Below the pieces are notes generated by a model. It was given only the letters and a program-made list of their open reading frames with translations. It made no database searches and was not told the DNA's origin. Both the position numbers and the translations under genes were made by a program. Positions 39,983 to 50,900 of a stretch of 64,000 bases of DNA are shown here, one piece after another. This stretch comes from Barthelona sp. PCE (lineage: Eukaryota), in contig JAUFOR010000004.1 in the NCBI GenBank assembly GCA_040285745.1, forward strand, positions 1,178,001 through 1,242,000, in the 5' to 3' direction. Positions within the stretch are counted from its first letter, which is position 1, and the number at the start of each line of letters is the position of its first letter.

Positions 39983-42145
39983 ATGCCAAGGCATGTGGAT
40001 AGGGGAAATATCGTTTACAACGGTAATTCAGCAATACTGACAGTTGATAACAGAACGATTTCTGTTATCTCAACAGATCAACTTAGTACATCAAATTGTG
40101 GGACATACAGGTGTTCTTCGTCCATCAAGCATGGGAAAAAGTCTGAAATTTGTGGTAAATGTATTCATAACTCCAACCTGTTTTATTCCTTTTACATTCA
40201 ATTAGATGAAAAAGAAACAACCACCCTCATGATTGTCTTCTGGTTCATCACTGCAGGTGGCCAACATGATGTAAGCTCTGTCACTAAGATTGATATTCCA
40301 AGTGATTCAGATATTGATACTTCAGCACCTACAAACGATTATTTATTGTTTTGTTATTCTCCTGAAGTATTTTTTCTTATGAAGAAAAACACACTTGAGA
40401 TTGTTTTTGCTATGAATGATGGTATTCAAGTTGAAATTCAATTAGATGATTTTGAATTACTTACTCAAACAACATTTAGCTCGTCTAAACCAATTTTTTC
40501 ATATGAAAGTGGTGGTATGTTCGGTGGACCACCAGAGTATAAGTATTTAGATTCTGATTTGCAGTTAAAAGAGATTAATAACGGATTTGATGGGAAAATT
40601 GATCAATTCATCAATGTTCTTAATTCTAATTGTTTACTTCATGTAACAATGGATGTTGGTGAATCTAATTCATTTGATAGTTTTGTGCTTTGTAATGGTA
40701 AAGACTTTATTAATTTATTCGAAGAATACACTCTATTAAAAAGTGTTTTAGAAACTGCAATAGAAAATAACAAGTATAGACCATATGGTCAAAAGTTTGA
40801 TTTTGGTTCATGTAGTAATATGATCATTTATGAAGTTTCTGATGAAGTTTTTGAATTTTCTTTAATTTTCAAGAATATTCTTTGGTACTCACGTATTGGG
40901 GTTGATGGTACAGTTGAAACAGATGAGTTTAAGACTAATTTGAGTGGTAAAACACTGTTTTTACTTCAATATGCTGATACATTCGGAAGAATGCTTGATT
41001 CTTGTTACAAATGTCTAATTCCTGAGATCATGAGTGTTGAATACCACACACATAATACAATTATACTCAAGAAGTATATCTTGACAACTCGTGAAAGTAT
41101 ACTGGAAGATTTTTCATTAAAAATGGGATCCTGCAGAATTATTTCCAGCAATCAGATAATATTTTCCACGTCAAAGCATGATGAATCGGTTCTTAATGGT
41201 GCTGTACTGTTTGATTTACATAAACAGAAGTACATAATTATGAAAAGTTCAAATTTTATCCATTTAGCATGTGATCCTATCATAAATGATCAGTTCTTCC
41301 TGTTTCCAACATACTCTATTGATGAACAAGAAGAAAAAATAATAACAACAAACATTTTTATTCATTCTTGGCAGAATCCAGTTTGCAAAAAAGTTAATTC
41401 AATTCCTAACCTAGTTATGGCACAAAACAACGATGAATCAACGGGTCTGTTTGCATGCTTAACATCCAAACCCAGCGCTGAAAATGGAATGCTGTATTTG
41501 TTCAATAACAATGCTGAATTACTTGATACAATTGAAATTCCAAACTATAGTAATAGCAAAGACCTGTGGATGGCTAACAATTATGTCATGGTAAAGAGCA
41601 GAAAATCAATCGCTTTGTGTCATATTAGTGATAATAACAAGCTTAATTTATTATTTAATCATGATAACTCACCCTTCATATGTTTTAATCCATCAACGAA
41701 CGAGCTGTGGGGCACAATCGGAGGTGTAACGCGTGCATATCCCTTGAATAATTCCTGTTTCAGTATTGATGACGTATCTTTTCCAATCATTAATTTGGAA
41801 TGTTTTGATGAAAAAACAAATAATGTATTAGAGTTTTGTAGTGATAATTTCCTTCGTGACCAAAGGGGATCTGATGTTTATTATTTTAATAGTTTGAATA
41901 ATTCAATTGAGAAATTTCTAAACTTATCTGAAATAGGAAAACCTACCCCATCATTAAGGTATCATTCACATAATTCATTTAAAGAACAGTTATTAGTAAT
42001 TGTTAGAACTTATGTTGATGCATTTGCTTGTACAACAGTTAAATTTGTACCTGATGAGATGCGTTTTGATTTAGTGTTTAATGAATACAAATTTGATCAT
42101 GTTTTGCGTTCATTCTCTCACCAAATTGTTGAGCCTGAAGTTTAA
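39983..42145 (+). CDS. Orphan beta-rich (probable beta-propeller) protein
   Basis: 720 aa, AT-rich, beta-strand pattern; CFNPSTNE resembles YFNPFNKD in 26674-28578. Confidence 0.65.
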   Translation: MPRHVDRGNIVYNGNSAILTVDNRTISVISTDQLSTSNCGTYRCSSSIKHGKKSEICGKCIHNSNLFYSFYIQLDEKETTTLMIVFWFITAGGQHDVSSVTKIDIPSDSDIDTSAPTNDYLLFCYSPEVFFLMKKNTLEIVFAMNDGIQVEIQLDDFELLTQTTFSSSKPIFSYESGGMFGGPPEYKYLDSDLQLKEINNGFDGKIDQFINVLNSNCLLHVTMDVGESNSFDSFVLCNGKDFINLFEEYTLLKSVLETAIENNKYRPYGQKFDFGSCSNMIIYEVSDEVFEFSLIFKNILWYSRIGVDGTVETDEFKTNLSGKTLFLLQYADTFGRMLDSCYKCLIPEIMSVEYHTHNTIILKKYILTTRESILEDFSLKMGSCRIISSNQIIFSTSKHDESVLNGAVLFDLHKQKYIIMKSSNFIHLACDPIINDQFFLFPTYSIDEQEEKIITTNIFIHSWQNPVCKKVNSIPNLVMAQNNDESTGLFACLTSKPSAENGMLYLFNNNAELLDTIEIPNYSNSKDLWMANNYVMVKSRKSIALCHISDNNKLNLLFNHDNSPFICFNPSTNELWGTIGGVTRAYPLNNSCFSIDDVSFPIINLECFDEKTNNVLEFCSDNFLRDQRGSDVYYFNSLNNSIEKFLNLSEIGKPTPSLRYHSHNSFKEQLLVIVRTYVDAFACTTVKFVPDEMRFDLVFNEYKFDHVLRSFSHQIVEPEV

Positions 42146-42483
42146 AATGGATTTTTATGAGGTAAATGGGAGAAAATGAAAAAAGTAATTTGTTGCATGA
42201 GAAAGTACTTAAAATGATCTTATGTGACATTTTATACGTTCTCATATAATGTTTAATTGTAAAAAACTTGTGTGGAAGGTCTGTCAACTGGAAAAGATTG
42301 GAATACTCAAGAATTGCTGTTTAAGAGTAGTTAACTACAATTTCTCTTCCTGAAGTGTGTAACCAATCTGAAAAGGATGCTAAAAAATATCCCAAATATA
42401 GAATACACCTATCTTTAAAACCTATTTCGTTTTCTCTTCTTTACCTTTCTTTTAAAACATTTACGTTCACATATTGCTTGCAA

Positions 42484-44925
42484 ATGACGGATATCGTTAG
42501 TTATCTGACAACAAATATCCTAGCACAGCCTTTACCCAATTCTGCATTTGACACCATCTTGGATCAGGTTGCTGCCGATCAGCCAGATCTTTTAATGAGT
42601 AGGGAGCAGGTACAAGCTGAAATCAAGGATCTATCATGCCGTAACTGCTATTTTGTTTACAAAGGAGAAGTTAATCTTGAATACCAGTTGTTCAATCATC
42701 CTATCAGGGTTGCCAAACTGACAATGGGGGACGCTGTCCTTGGTACCTCATATTACAATGTACTATTAAAAAAACCTCCTATTGATGAAACAATGGGTTT
42801 TGATGGCGACGGATTAGGTTCCACTGAGTTTTCTCTTAATCCTATCAATGACGACCCTATACAATTCATCCGTTACTGTCCTTTTGAAAGGGAATTAATA
42901 GTGAATGCTCATGATAAATATCAGATTAGTGTTCAAGGGATTTTTTCTGAATTACTTAAAATTGATTTTTCCTTTAAACATTTTTATTTATGCTCTAAAT
43001 CGCTTCAGAGAAACGTAAAAAATTTCCTCTCTATAAGAAATCTTGATATTGAAAAATTTAAAATTTCTATGGATGATTTTTTTGTTAATACTTCACGTTA
43101 TCTACCTGATTTGCCTAAGGATGTTGATTTGATCCATATGATGAACTTTAAAAACTACCTTATTGAAACTCATACGGACTTTATGAATAATGAAATCGCC
43201 AGAAATGTCTTTGGTAATGTCTTCTTAGTAATGTTACAACTATCAAGCAAATGTAGCACTACAACTGTTGAAGATAATGACAGTAAGACTATTGTCAAGG
43301 ATAAGTATCTTTCTCCTCACCTAAAAGAACTGGATATCAGTAGTCAACCTTGTTCAGCTTTGACATCCCCTACACGAGAGCATGTAGCACAAGAGATGCC
43401 TGTAGTCACCGATGTAACAGATTATCTTTGCTTTGATGATAACGTTTATGGTATAGAAAGTGCAGAAAATACAGATGATGAAGATATTAAAGTCAAAGGG
43501 GTAGATATGAATCTCCTTAATCAAAGATTTGATGAACTTGGCATTGCAGTCGCTACTTCTGTTCAAAAGTCTAATGATACTTCTAGAATTTCTTCAAAAC
43601 AACCTTCTAGATCAGTGTCTGCGGATGATTTATTCAAACTTGGACATTTTCATGAATTAGAAAGGGATATATCTCAATCTGTACTTGATTTAACTTCAAC
43701 TGAAGTGTCTTATGAAGAGCATGATTCTGATTTTAATTTGGCTTCTTCCTCTTTTGATACTGATGATGGTACAAGTGGTCCTGAAAACGATGGTATTAAC
43801 TACCCCCCTGAAGACGGGCATATGAGCTTTCTTGTGGCTTCATGTGTTGATCTTTCAAGCTTTGATTTATCAATTGTTGATGATGAATCTTGTTTCTTTT
43901 TAATTGTTAAGGAAATTTTAAGTGATATGAAAGTATTGGATTTTCAGCATTTACAAATCTTACAAGAGTCATGTATCGATTCAGGACCTTTCCTTACAAA
44001 TAAGTTCGATGTTACAGCATTTTCTCGTCGTCCAATAACTTCTTATTATCTAGTCCTTGTGTTATTTCAATTCTTAGGTATCATTAAGCTGTTTAGCCTT
44101 AACGAAAGTTCTCTAAGAGATTTCTGTTACTCAATATTTGAAACTATGTCACAAAACAATGCTTATCATGGTAGAAGTCATATCCTTGATGTTCTTTACG
44201 TCATCACTTACTGGTTAGCTGACCCGAAAACTATTGGTTACATCACACCAGAGGAGACACTAGCTCTGGCTATTGCGGCATTTTGTCATGACGCTGGACA
44301 TCCAGGTTTAAATGAAGCATGTTTAAGGAAAATCAAGCACCCCATTGTAATGGCATTTCCCAACCAAAGTCCATTAGAACAGCTACATTGGCGTATTACT
44401 AAGCATTCTACAATTTCTTCAGGTTTGATAGCACATCTTGGAACGGAAACAATTATTAATATCATGGATATGGTTGAGAAGCTTATTTTAGCAACAGATA
44501 TGAGTCGACACTCTAAGATTCTACAAGAAGCAGAGCAACTGCAAGGATTTACTCTGGAAGAATTACCGCAACAGAAAAGATTACTATTCTTACAGTTAAT
44601 CATCAAAGCAGCTGATATTGCGAATGTTTCCAGGCCATTCAAGCTCGCCAAGCGTTGGGCACAACGTTATTATAGAGAAGTTCAGGAAATGATTGGTGAG
44701 CATAAAGTTTTCATTCCCCTTCTTAATCCTCCTTTACCTCAATCTTTAGTAGATATCTGTCGCCAACAACTGGGATTCATCGGTTTCTTAGCAGCCCCTT
44801 TGTTTGAGATATTAAGTCAATGCTACCCTCCTATTGCTGCTGCGGTTGATGTTATCAACAGCAACGTTTTTAAGTATAAGTCTATCATTGAGAAGCGAGA
44901 GGGGGGTTCGAAGAACTTGTACTGA
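42484..44925 (+). CDS. Class I 3',5'-cyclic nucleotide phosphodiesterase
   Basis: First ATG at 42484 (MTDIVSYL). Motifs: NAYHGRSHILDV, CHDAGHPGLN, SPLEQLH, ILATDMSRH, IIKAADIAN, QLGFI. Confidence 0.92.
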   Translation: MTDIVSYLTTNILAQPLPNSAFDTILDQVAADQPDLLMSREQVQAEIKDLSCRNCYFVYKGEVNLEYQLFNHPIRVAKLTMGDAVLGTSYYNVLLKKPPIDETMGFDGDGLGSTEFSLNPINDDPIQFIRYCPFERELIVNAHDKYQISVQGIFSELLKIDFSFKHFYLCSKSLQRNVKNFLSIRNLDIEKFKISMDDFFVNTSRYLPDLPKDVDLIHMMNFKNYLIETHTDFMNNEIARNVFGNVFLVMLQLSSKCSTTTVEDNDSKTIVKDKYLSPHLKELDISSQPCSALTSPTREHVAQEMPVVTDVTDYLCFDDNVYGIESAENTDDEDIKVKGVDMNLLNQRFDELGIAVATSVQKSNDTSRISSKQPSRSVSADDLFKLGHFHELERDISQSVLDLTSTEVSYEEHDSDFNLASSSFDTDDGTSGPENDGINYPPEDGHMSFLVASCVDLSSFDLSIVDDESCFFLIVKEILSDMKVLDFQHLQILQESCIDSGPFLTNKFDVTAFSRRPITSYYLVLVLFQFLGIIKLFSLNESSLRDFCYSIFETMSQNNAYHGRSHILDVLYVITYWLADPKTIGYITPEETLALAIAAFCHDAGHPGLNEACLRKIKHPIVMAFPNQSPLEQLHWRITKHSTISSGLIAHLGTETIINIMDMVEKLILATDMSRHSKILQEAEQLQGFTLEELPQQKRLLFLQLIIKAADIANVSRPFKLAKRWAQRYYREVQEMIGEHKVFIPLLNPPLPQSLVDICRQQLGFIGFLAAPLFEILSQCYPPIAAAVDVINSNVFKYKSIIEKREGGSKNLY

Positions 44926-44991
44926 CATTATGGATCTAAGTAAAAGATTAATCGTTTTCTTTTTTTCTTTCTTTTTTACGCATATTAATCA

Positions 44992-47900
44992 ATGAGTGAG
45001 ATAGCGTTAAATCATATCATTGATACAATTCTATGTAATCTAGGCGTCCAATCCGTTCCTAACGTGGATGACTTAAAGCATACCTTGCGTTCATCATCTC
45101 CGTTACTTGAAAAGTTCATGCAAGTTGCATCCTTCACCACGATCAAGGTACTGTTATGTCTAGAAGGCGGCATAATGCAAGTTCGGGTATGCGACGTTTC
45201 TGATGGAGTTTCACCATCCATTGATGTTCTTAGACAGGTGTTCCTGTGCAAGAGCGTCCCCGTGGAGATCGTAGACAGTAATGTTGTTAATGCGTTCTTC
45301 ACTTCTGCGCTCCCCGTTAATAGCATTGAATCCCTCAATATGGTTATCACCAACCTCTTCTCCCCATTGTTTGGGGGTTCGCATGAGGACTCGCGGGTCA
45401 GACATGCCCTTGACACGTTACAAGAAACGTTACGTATGAGTAACAAGACTTCTTCCGAAAGCAGTGCTCTTTTGCTTAACGATGAGCACGCGCATTGGGC
45501 AAACATGGGCAATGTGCAGGGAGATCATTATAAACAGGTCTTGGACCCGTTGGTTATCGCATACGATGCGATCACATCAAGTGTTGATCAGATCTTCACT
45601 GTTGTTGAGACTTTCATCGATGTAGCTGATCAGTTGATTCGTTCTGGCTATGAACATGCTAGAATGCAGTCGTTTATGAAGCTTTTCGATGCTCAGCTCC
45701 ACGATTTTGTTTCTGCAACTCTTGAAAAATTTAACATTTTTCAAGTACGTGACAAAAAGCTTCCAACAGTCTTAAACAGCATTGGAGACATCCAGAATGC
45801 CTGTCTTAAGCTCAACAATGCCTACTCTATGCTTACAGGATCACTGTGGTCAAACATTTACTTCGATGAAGAAGCTCCATCCTCGCTGAGCAGTCTTGTT
45901 AGGTCAGAATGGGAATTTGGTAACGTCGACGCCGTTCTATGTCTCAAGCTTTTTGATCGAATTTCAGACGTGATGCAGTTAAGAGAACTAGCGGAGAAGG
46001 CAGAGTTCCCAACCGATTCCTTTTTGGATAAACTCGCATCTACTCCATACCATGTTGTTGTGGGTAGTGGTAGTGATTCATTCAACCGAGAGGTGAAGAG
46101 TGCCTTGCACTTATTTGAGTCCCATATCGAAGAAGTACTTGAACAGGCGAAACGTATGCCCAATCTATCAAGTTTGTTAGGTGTTCTCAGTCGTAACCTT
46201 GTTCTGTTACAGATTGCGTCTCAGGAGCAGCTGTTGGAGGTTACATCACTTATATCAGATGCAATTCCTAGTTTTATCAGTACAACAAAAACACAATATG
46301 AAAGTTTTCCCTTTACGAAATGTTCTGGACTTTCAAATAATCTTCTTCACAAGACAGAGGATTTTCACTCAATTTCCTTCAACAAAATGTCAGGATCTCT
46401 TCTCCAGGAGTTCTCCTTTTTACAATCAGCACTCAGTCGTGTCACAAATGTTAATGATTCATTGATATCCCTTTTCAAACGTATTAAACTTGATCTGCCC
46501 GATGACATGGACATGTTTAAGCGCCTGGAGACTACTCTTGTTAGTCACAAACGTAGTCTTTACAAATATTGGGAAAATGCTGTTCGTGACAACAGTCAAC
46601 GTGGTATCATCCCTGATTCTTTCACTGGAGCTGTCCTTACTGTCAACAAAGAGGCTGGTGACGTCATACGTGTCAATTTCAGCGAAGATGTTGTTGCTTT
46701 TTTGCGTGATTTTGACATTTTGGAAAGCATGGGTTTCAAGCCTAGCTCAACTCTCCGTTCTCTTTTCAAGGGCCTGTCCCCGTTAGCCAGCCATGCGCTC
46801 AGCATAAAGCAGATTGCATCATTTTATAATAACCTTAGTGCTCAAATTCTTCCTTGTCACAAGCCTATGCTTATCTCACACGCTGTGGCATTTGAAAAAC
46901 TGCTTTTGGACACAAAGATTAACTGGGAGAAGGAGAGTGATGTTATTAAATTCATTGACCGTGTTAGCAGTGCATCACAAGGACTCAATGAACGTTTACA
47001 ATACCTTAAACATTTCCATAAGAACATCTTAGAGAAATTGATAGGTCTGATTTACATTGATTTGTTCGACAACTTTGATACCTTCTCTTCCACTATTGAT
47101 TCTATTACTGAACTCGTTAGTGGATTGGTTAATCAGGGATATAAGGTGAAACATTACTGTATCTTTTTGAATTATCATTTGCTCAAGATTTTGGATAAAC
47201 AATATGAACGTTGTTTAGTTAATTTAATCAATGCTGACTCCTCAACTGATAACATATACGGTCTTCCGTTGACAATTAACTGCCATGTATCAATGGTTGG
47301 TGTCAGTTATAATCCGTTAATTCACAGTTTTAAACAAGACTTTTTCAAACATCTTCGTAAACTCATAAATTTCCCAGCTTCTATTGCTGGTATTTCTGGT
47401 CAAAGACCTAATGAGTTTAAGTTGCTTTGTGTTAAACACAGTCATCTTATCACAAAGGTTTTTAGTAAGTTCAACAACTTATTCAACAAGGTATCTCTCG
47501 TCACCAACGTACTTCAGAAGAATAATCACGCATCTTTATTAATGCGTAATATTGAGAAGCTTATCAGGACAAACGAGGATACGGAGAATGATCAATTTGA
47601 CTCGACTTATCTGAAGAATGCAGACGATTTTCAAATGTTTTTCCGTGAAGTTCAAAAACAAACCACAACAATTTTTTCTCTGCCCGATGAACATATGTTC
47701 TCTTGTATTAAATTGAATCTCAATACTTACAAGCAGGATTTGGTTGGTAACTTTAAGAATTTAGTTCATATGATTATTCAAAGTTTAGTCTCAAAGGCTA
47801 ACACTGCATTTTCATATCTTCAGAACTTTTTAACAAATACAATTCGTGAGCTCTATCAAAAAATGAATAACTTAGAGTCACTCGACAGTGATAAAGAGAT

Positions 47901-50900
47901 CTTTTTAAAAGATTTACAATTCAACGAAGAAAGTTTTGATAGTGTTGAAGATCTCATGGAACTAAGGAGATATCTCAAAGATATTGCCAATAATGAGACC
48001 CTCAATATGCATAAGAGAACGATTGAATTCAATCTCAATTTGCTTCGTCTGTTAGCCATTTCTGGTGATGTATCAGCCAGTGTTAATATTCTATTGCAAG
48101 ATATTGCTTCGTTCCAGACTGATAGTGATATGTTTGACGACTTTACTATCGGTCTTAAGGGAATGATAGACACCCGATTGAGTGGATTGCAATCAAAAAC
48201 TAATGATAAATTGAATGCCTTCCGTAAAAAGATTGATATATTTGTAGATAATTGGTCAACTTCAAGCGCTAAACTCAGTCCAAACTTTAAGGAGAGAGAG
48301 GCTCTTGAGTCAACTATCAATTTCATTAGTGCTCAAACTGTTTCTGTTGATGAATATCACGATGAACTAAACAAATTAATTCGAGAGCTAGAATTTTTTG
48401 CTATCGAATGTCCTAGTGACTTACTGGATAACCTGAACGGCGTCTATGGATCAATTCACAAATGGAACTCCACATTTGACCTATACAACGAGTTCAACAA
48501 ATCAATCGGTGATCAGTGTGATAAACCATGGCAAATAGCTCGTACACGTTTGTTTGAAGTCGAAAACCTCTATGTCAAGTGGAACCAACGACTAGAAGCA
48601 ATAGAAGAGATTGAATACGGTATGAGCGCCTTCAAGGTGTTCTTTAAGAATGCTATGTCAACCTTCAGAGATGTTCTCACAGTTCTCAAACAGATTATTG
48701 GTGAGGCATTCACGTCCAAGCACTGGAGCGCCGTCTACAGCGTCCTTGGTGTTAAGGCATGGAGTGACAGTAAGACATTCACTGATATCCCTCTTCTACT
48801 GTTGTTGGATAATAGTACTGTTATTCTCAGCAAAGCCCGTGAAATCACACGTATCTACCAACAGGCACAGGGTGAGGTCACCATTAGGGAATCTCTGCAG
48901 GAGCTTGATGTGTGGAGCACAAGCGCTGAATTTGAACTTTCCAAGTTTGAAATTGAGAACATTGTTACTTTAGATATCGTCAGTGAATGGGGCGAGCTAC
49001 TAACTGTCGTTTCAGACCACCAGTCACTCGTTGCATCACTACGCGAATCTGAGTATGCTGTTAACTTTAAAGCTGAAATCGAACTTTGGGAAGTACGTCT
49101 TATCACGTTGGCAAAGGTCCTTTCAACAATGAACGTTGTCCAAAGGAAGTATGTGCACTTGTCTCCGGTATTCCTGAAGGGTAACATCCCTGCAGAAACT
49201 GCTCGATTTGAAGCACTAAGTGGAGATGTCGTGGACTTCTTTACTGCTATTGCAAGCAGCAACTCTGTGTTCAATATCCTCGGTTACGATAGAGCACAAT
49301 CTGTACCCGCTGCAGGTTTGACTTTCTCTGACTTTAATAATCTCCCGTTGTTAGATTTTCTTTCTTCTTCTGATAAGCAACTTGATAGATTCCAAAAACG
49401 TCTGTATGATTTCCTTGAAGCCAAACGTAGTTTATTTGCTCGATTTTATTTCCTGGGTGATGAAGATCTTCTTGAAGTCTTGGGTCAAGCGCAAAATATT
49501 GATGTTCTGCAAACTCACCTTTCTAAGCTCTTCAGTGGAATCCATAAGATCCACATTGCTGATGAAGGCGAGCATAAGTATGTCTCCCGCATCGAAAGTG
49601 TTGATGGTGAAACTATCGATCTCATCAAACCAGTGTATATTACCAGACATCCATCAATGGCCAATGTTCCAGGTGATGACGAATATCTTCCGGTGGAGCA
49701 CTGGCTTTCCCATCTCGAAGTTGTTATGAAGCAAAGTTTACAAGTCATTGTAGTCAAGTGCATCAATGAAGCTTTACAGTCAGGTATTGTTGATGTTGAG
49801 AAGTATCCTGTACAGGCATGCTTTTTAGCTCATTCCTGTCTGTTCACCCGTAAGATTGAGCAGATTATAGATAACAAAAAGCAGCTCATATCATTCTACG
49901 ATGAACTCGGTGTTCGTATCACATCATGTATCGAGCAAGCCCAGACTGCCTCAGTCACTGTGAACAAAACATTGCGTAACCTCGTGTTAGACTTTATCCA
50001 TCATCGTGATATTGTCGCAAAACTCTTAGATACGAACTCCTCCTCTGACTGTTTCTTGTGGCAGAGACAAATGAGGTACTACCTCAAGGGTGATGAAGTT
50101 ATCATCAAGTGCAGTGATGCAACAACTAATTATTCATACGAATACCTGGGTCACACCCAAAAGCTCGTTCACACTGACCTCACTGACAAACTCTATCTCA
50201 CACTCATGCTTGGTATCTTCATGGGTTACGGTGGTAACCCAGTTGGTCCTGCTGGTACAGGTAAGACAGAGTCGGTCAAGGCATTGGCTGCTGACCTTGG
50301 TCGTATGTGCTTGGTCTTCTGTTGTGATGAAGGTATTGATTTTAAATCAATGGGAAGGATTTTCACTGGTTTAGTTAAATGTGGTGCTTGGGGTTGTTTT
50401 GATGAGTTCAATCGTTTAGATACTGAAGTTCTCTCTGCAATTTCTACACAAATTGCAAGCATCCAAGATTCAATCAGATTTAAAAAACCGAAAGTTAAGT
50501 TATTGGATAAAACTATTGACACCAATTTTGATGCCGGTATTTTTGTAACAATGAACCCTCTATCAAAGAAATACAAGGGTAGATCGTTGTTGCCTGACAA
50601 CTTAAAGTCATTGTTCCGTGAAATTAAAATGATTAAACCGGATCTCCATAAGATTTTACAAAACTTACTGTTTTTAGAAGCTTTCGGTATCAAATTTGTG
50701 GAAGTTCTAACTACAAGACTGGTATACCTCTTCGAACTCATGAAGAACCAATTATCACGACAGAATCACTACGATTGGGGTCTTCGTTCAGCTAAAATGG
50801 TTGTATCCATGGCCGGACGTCTTCTTCGTAACTCAAGGACAGAGGGTACCGCGCTTTCGTTCGACGAAGAGTGTGCTATTCTTGTTCAGGCTGTTACACT

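Noticed and set aside
42790-42825. MGFDGDGLGS resembling a G-patch in the PDE
   Set aside because: Only a partial match; the flanking G-patch residues are missing.
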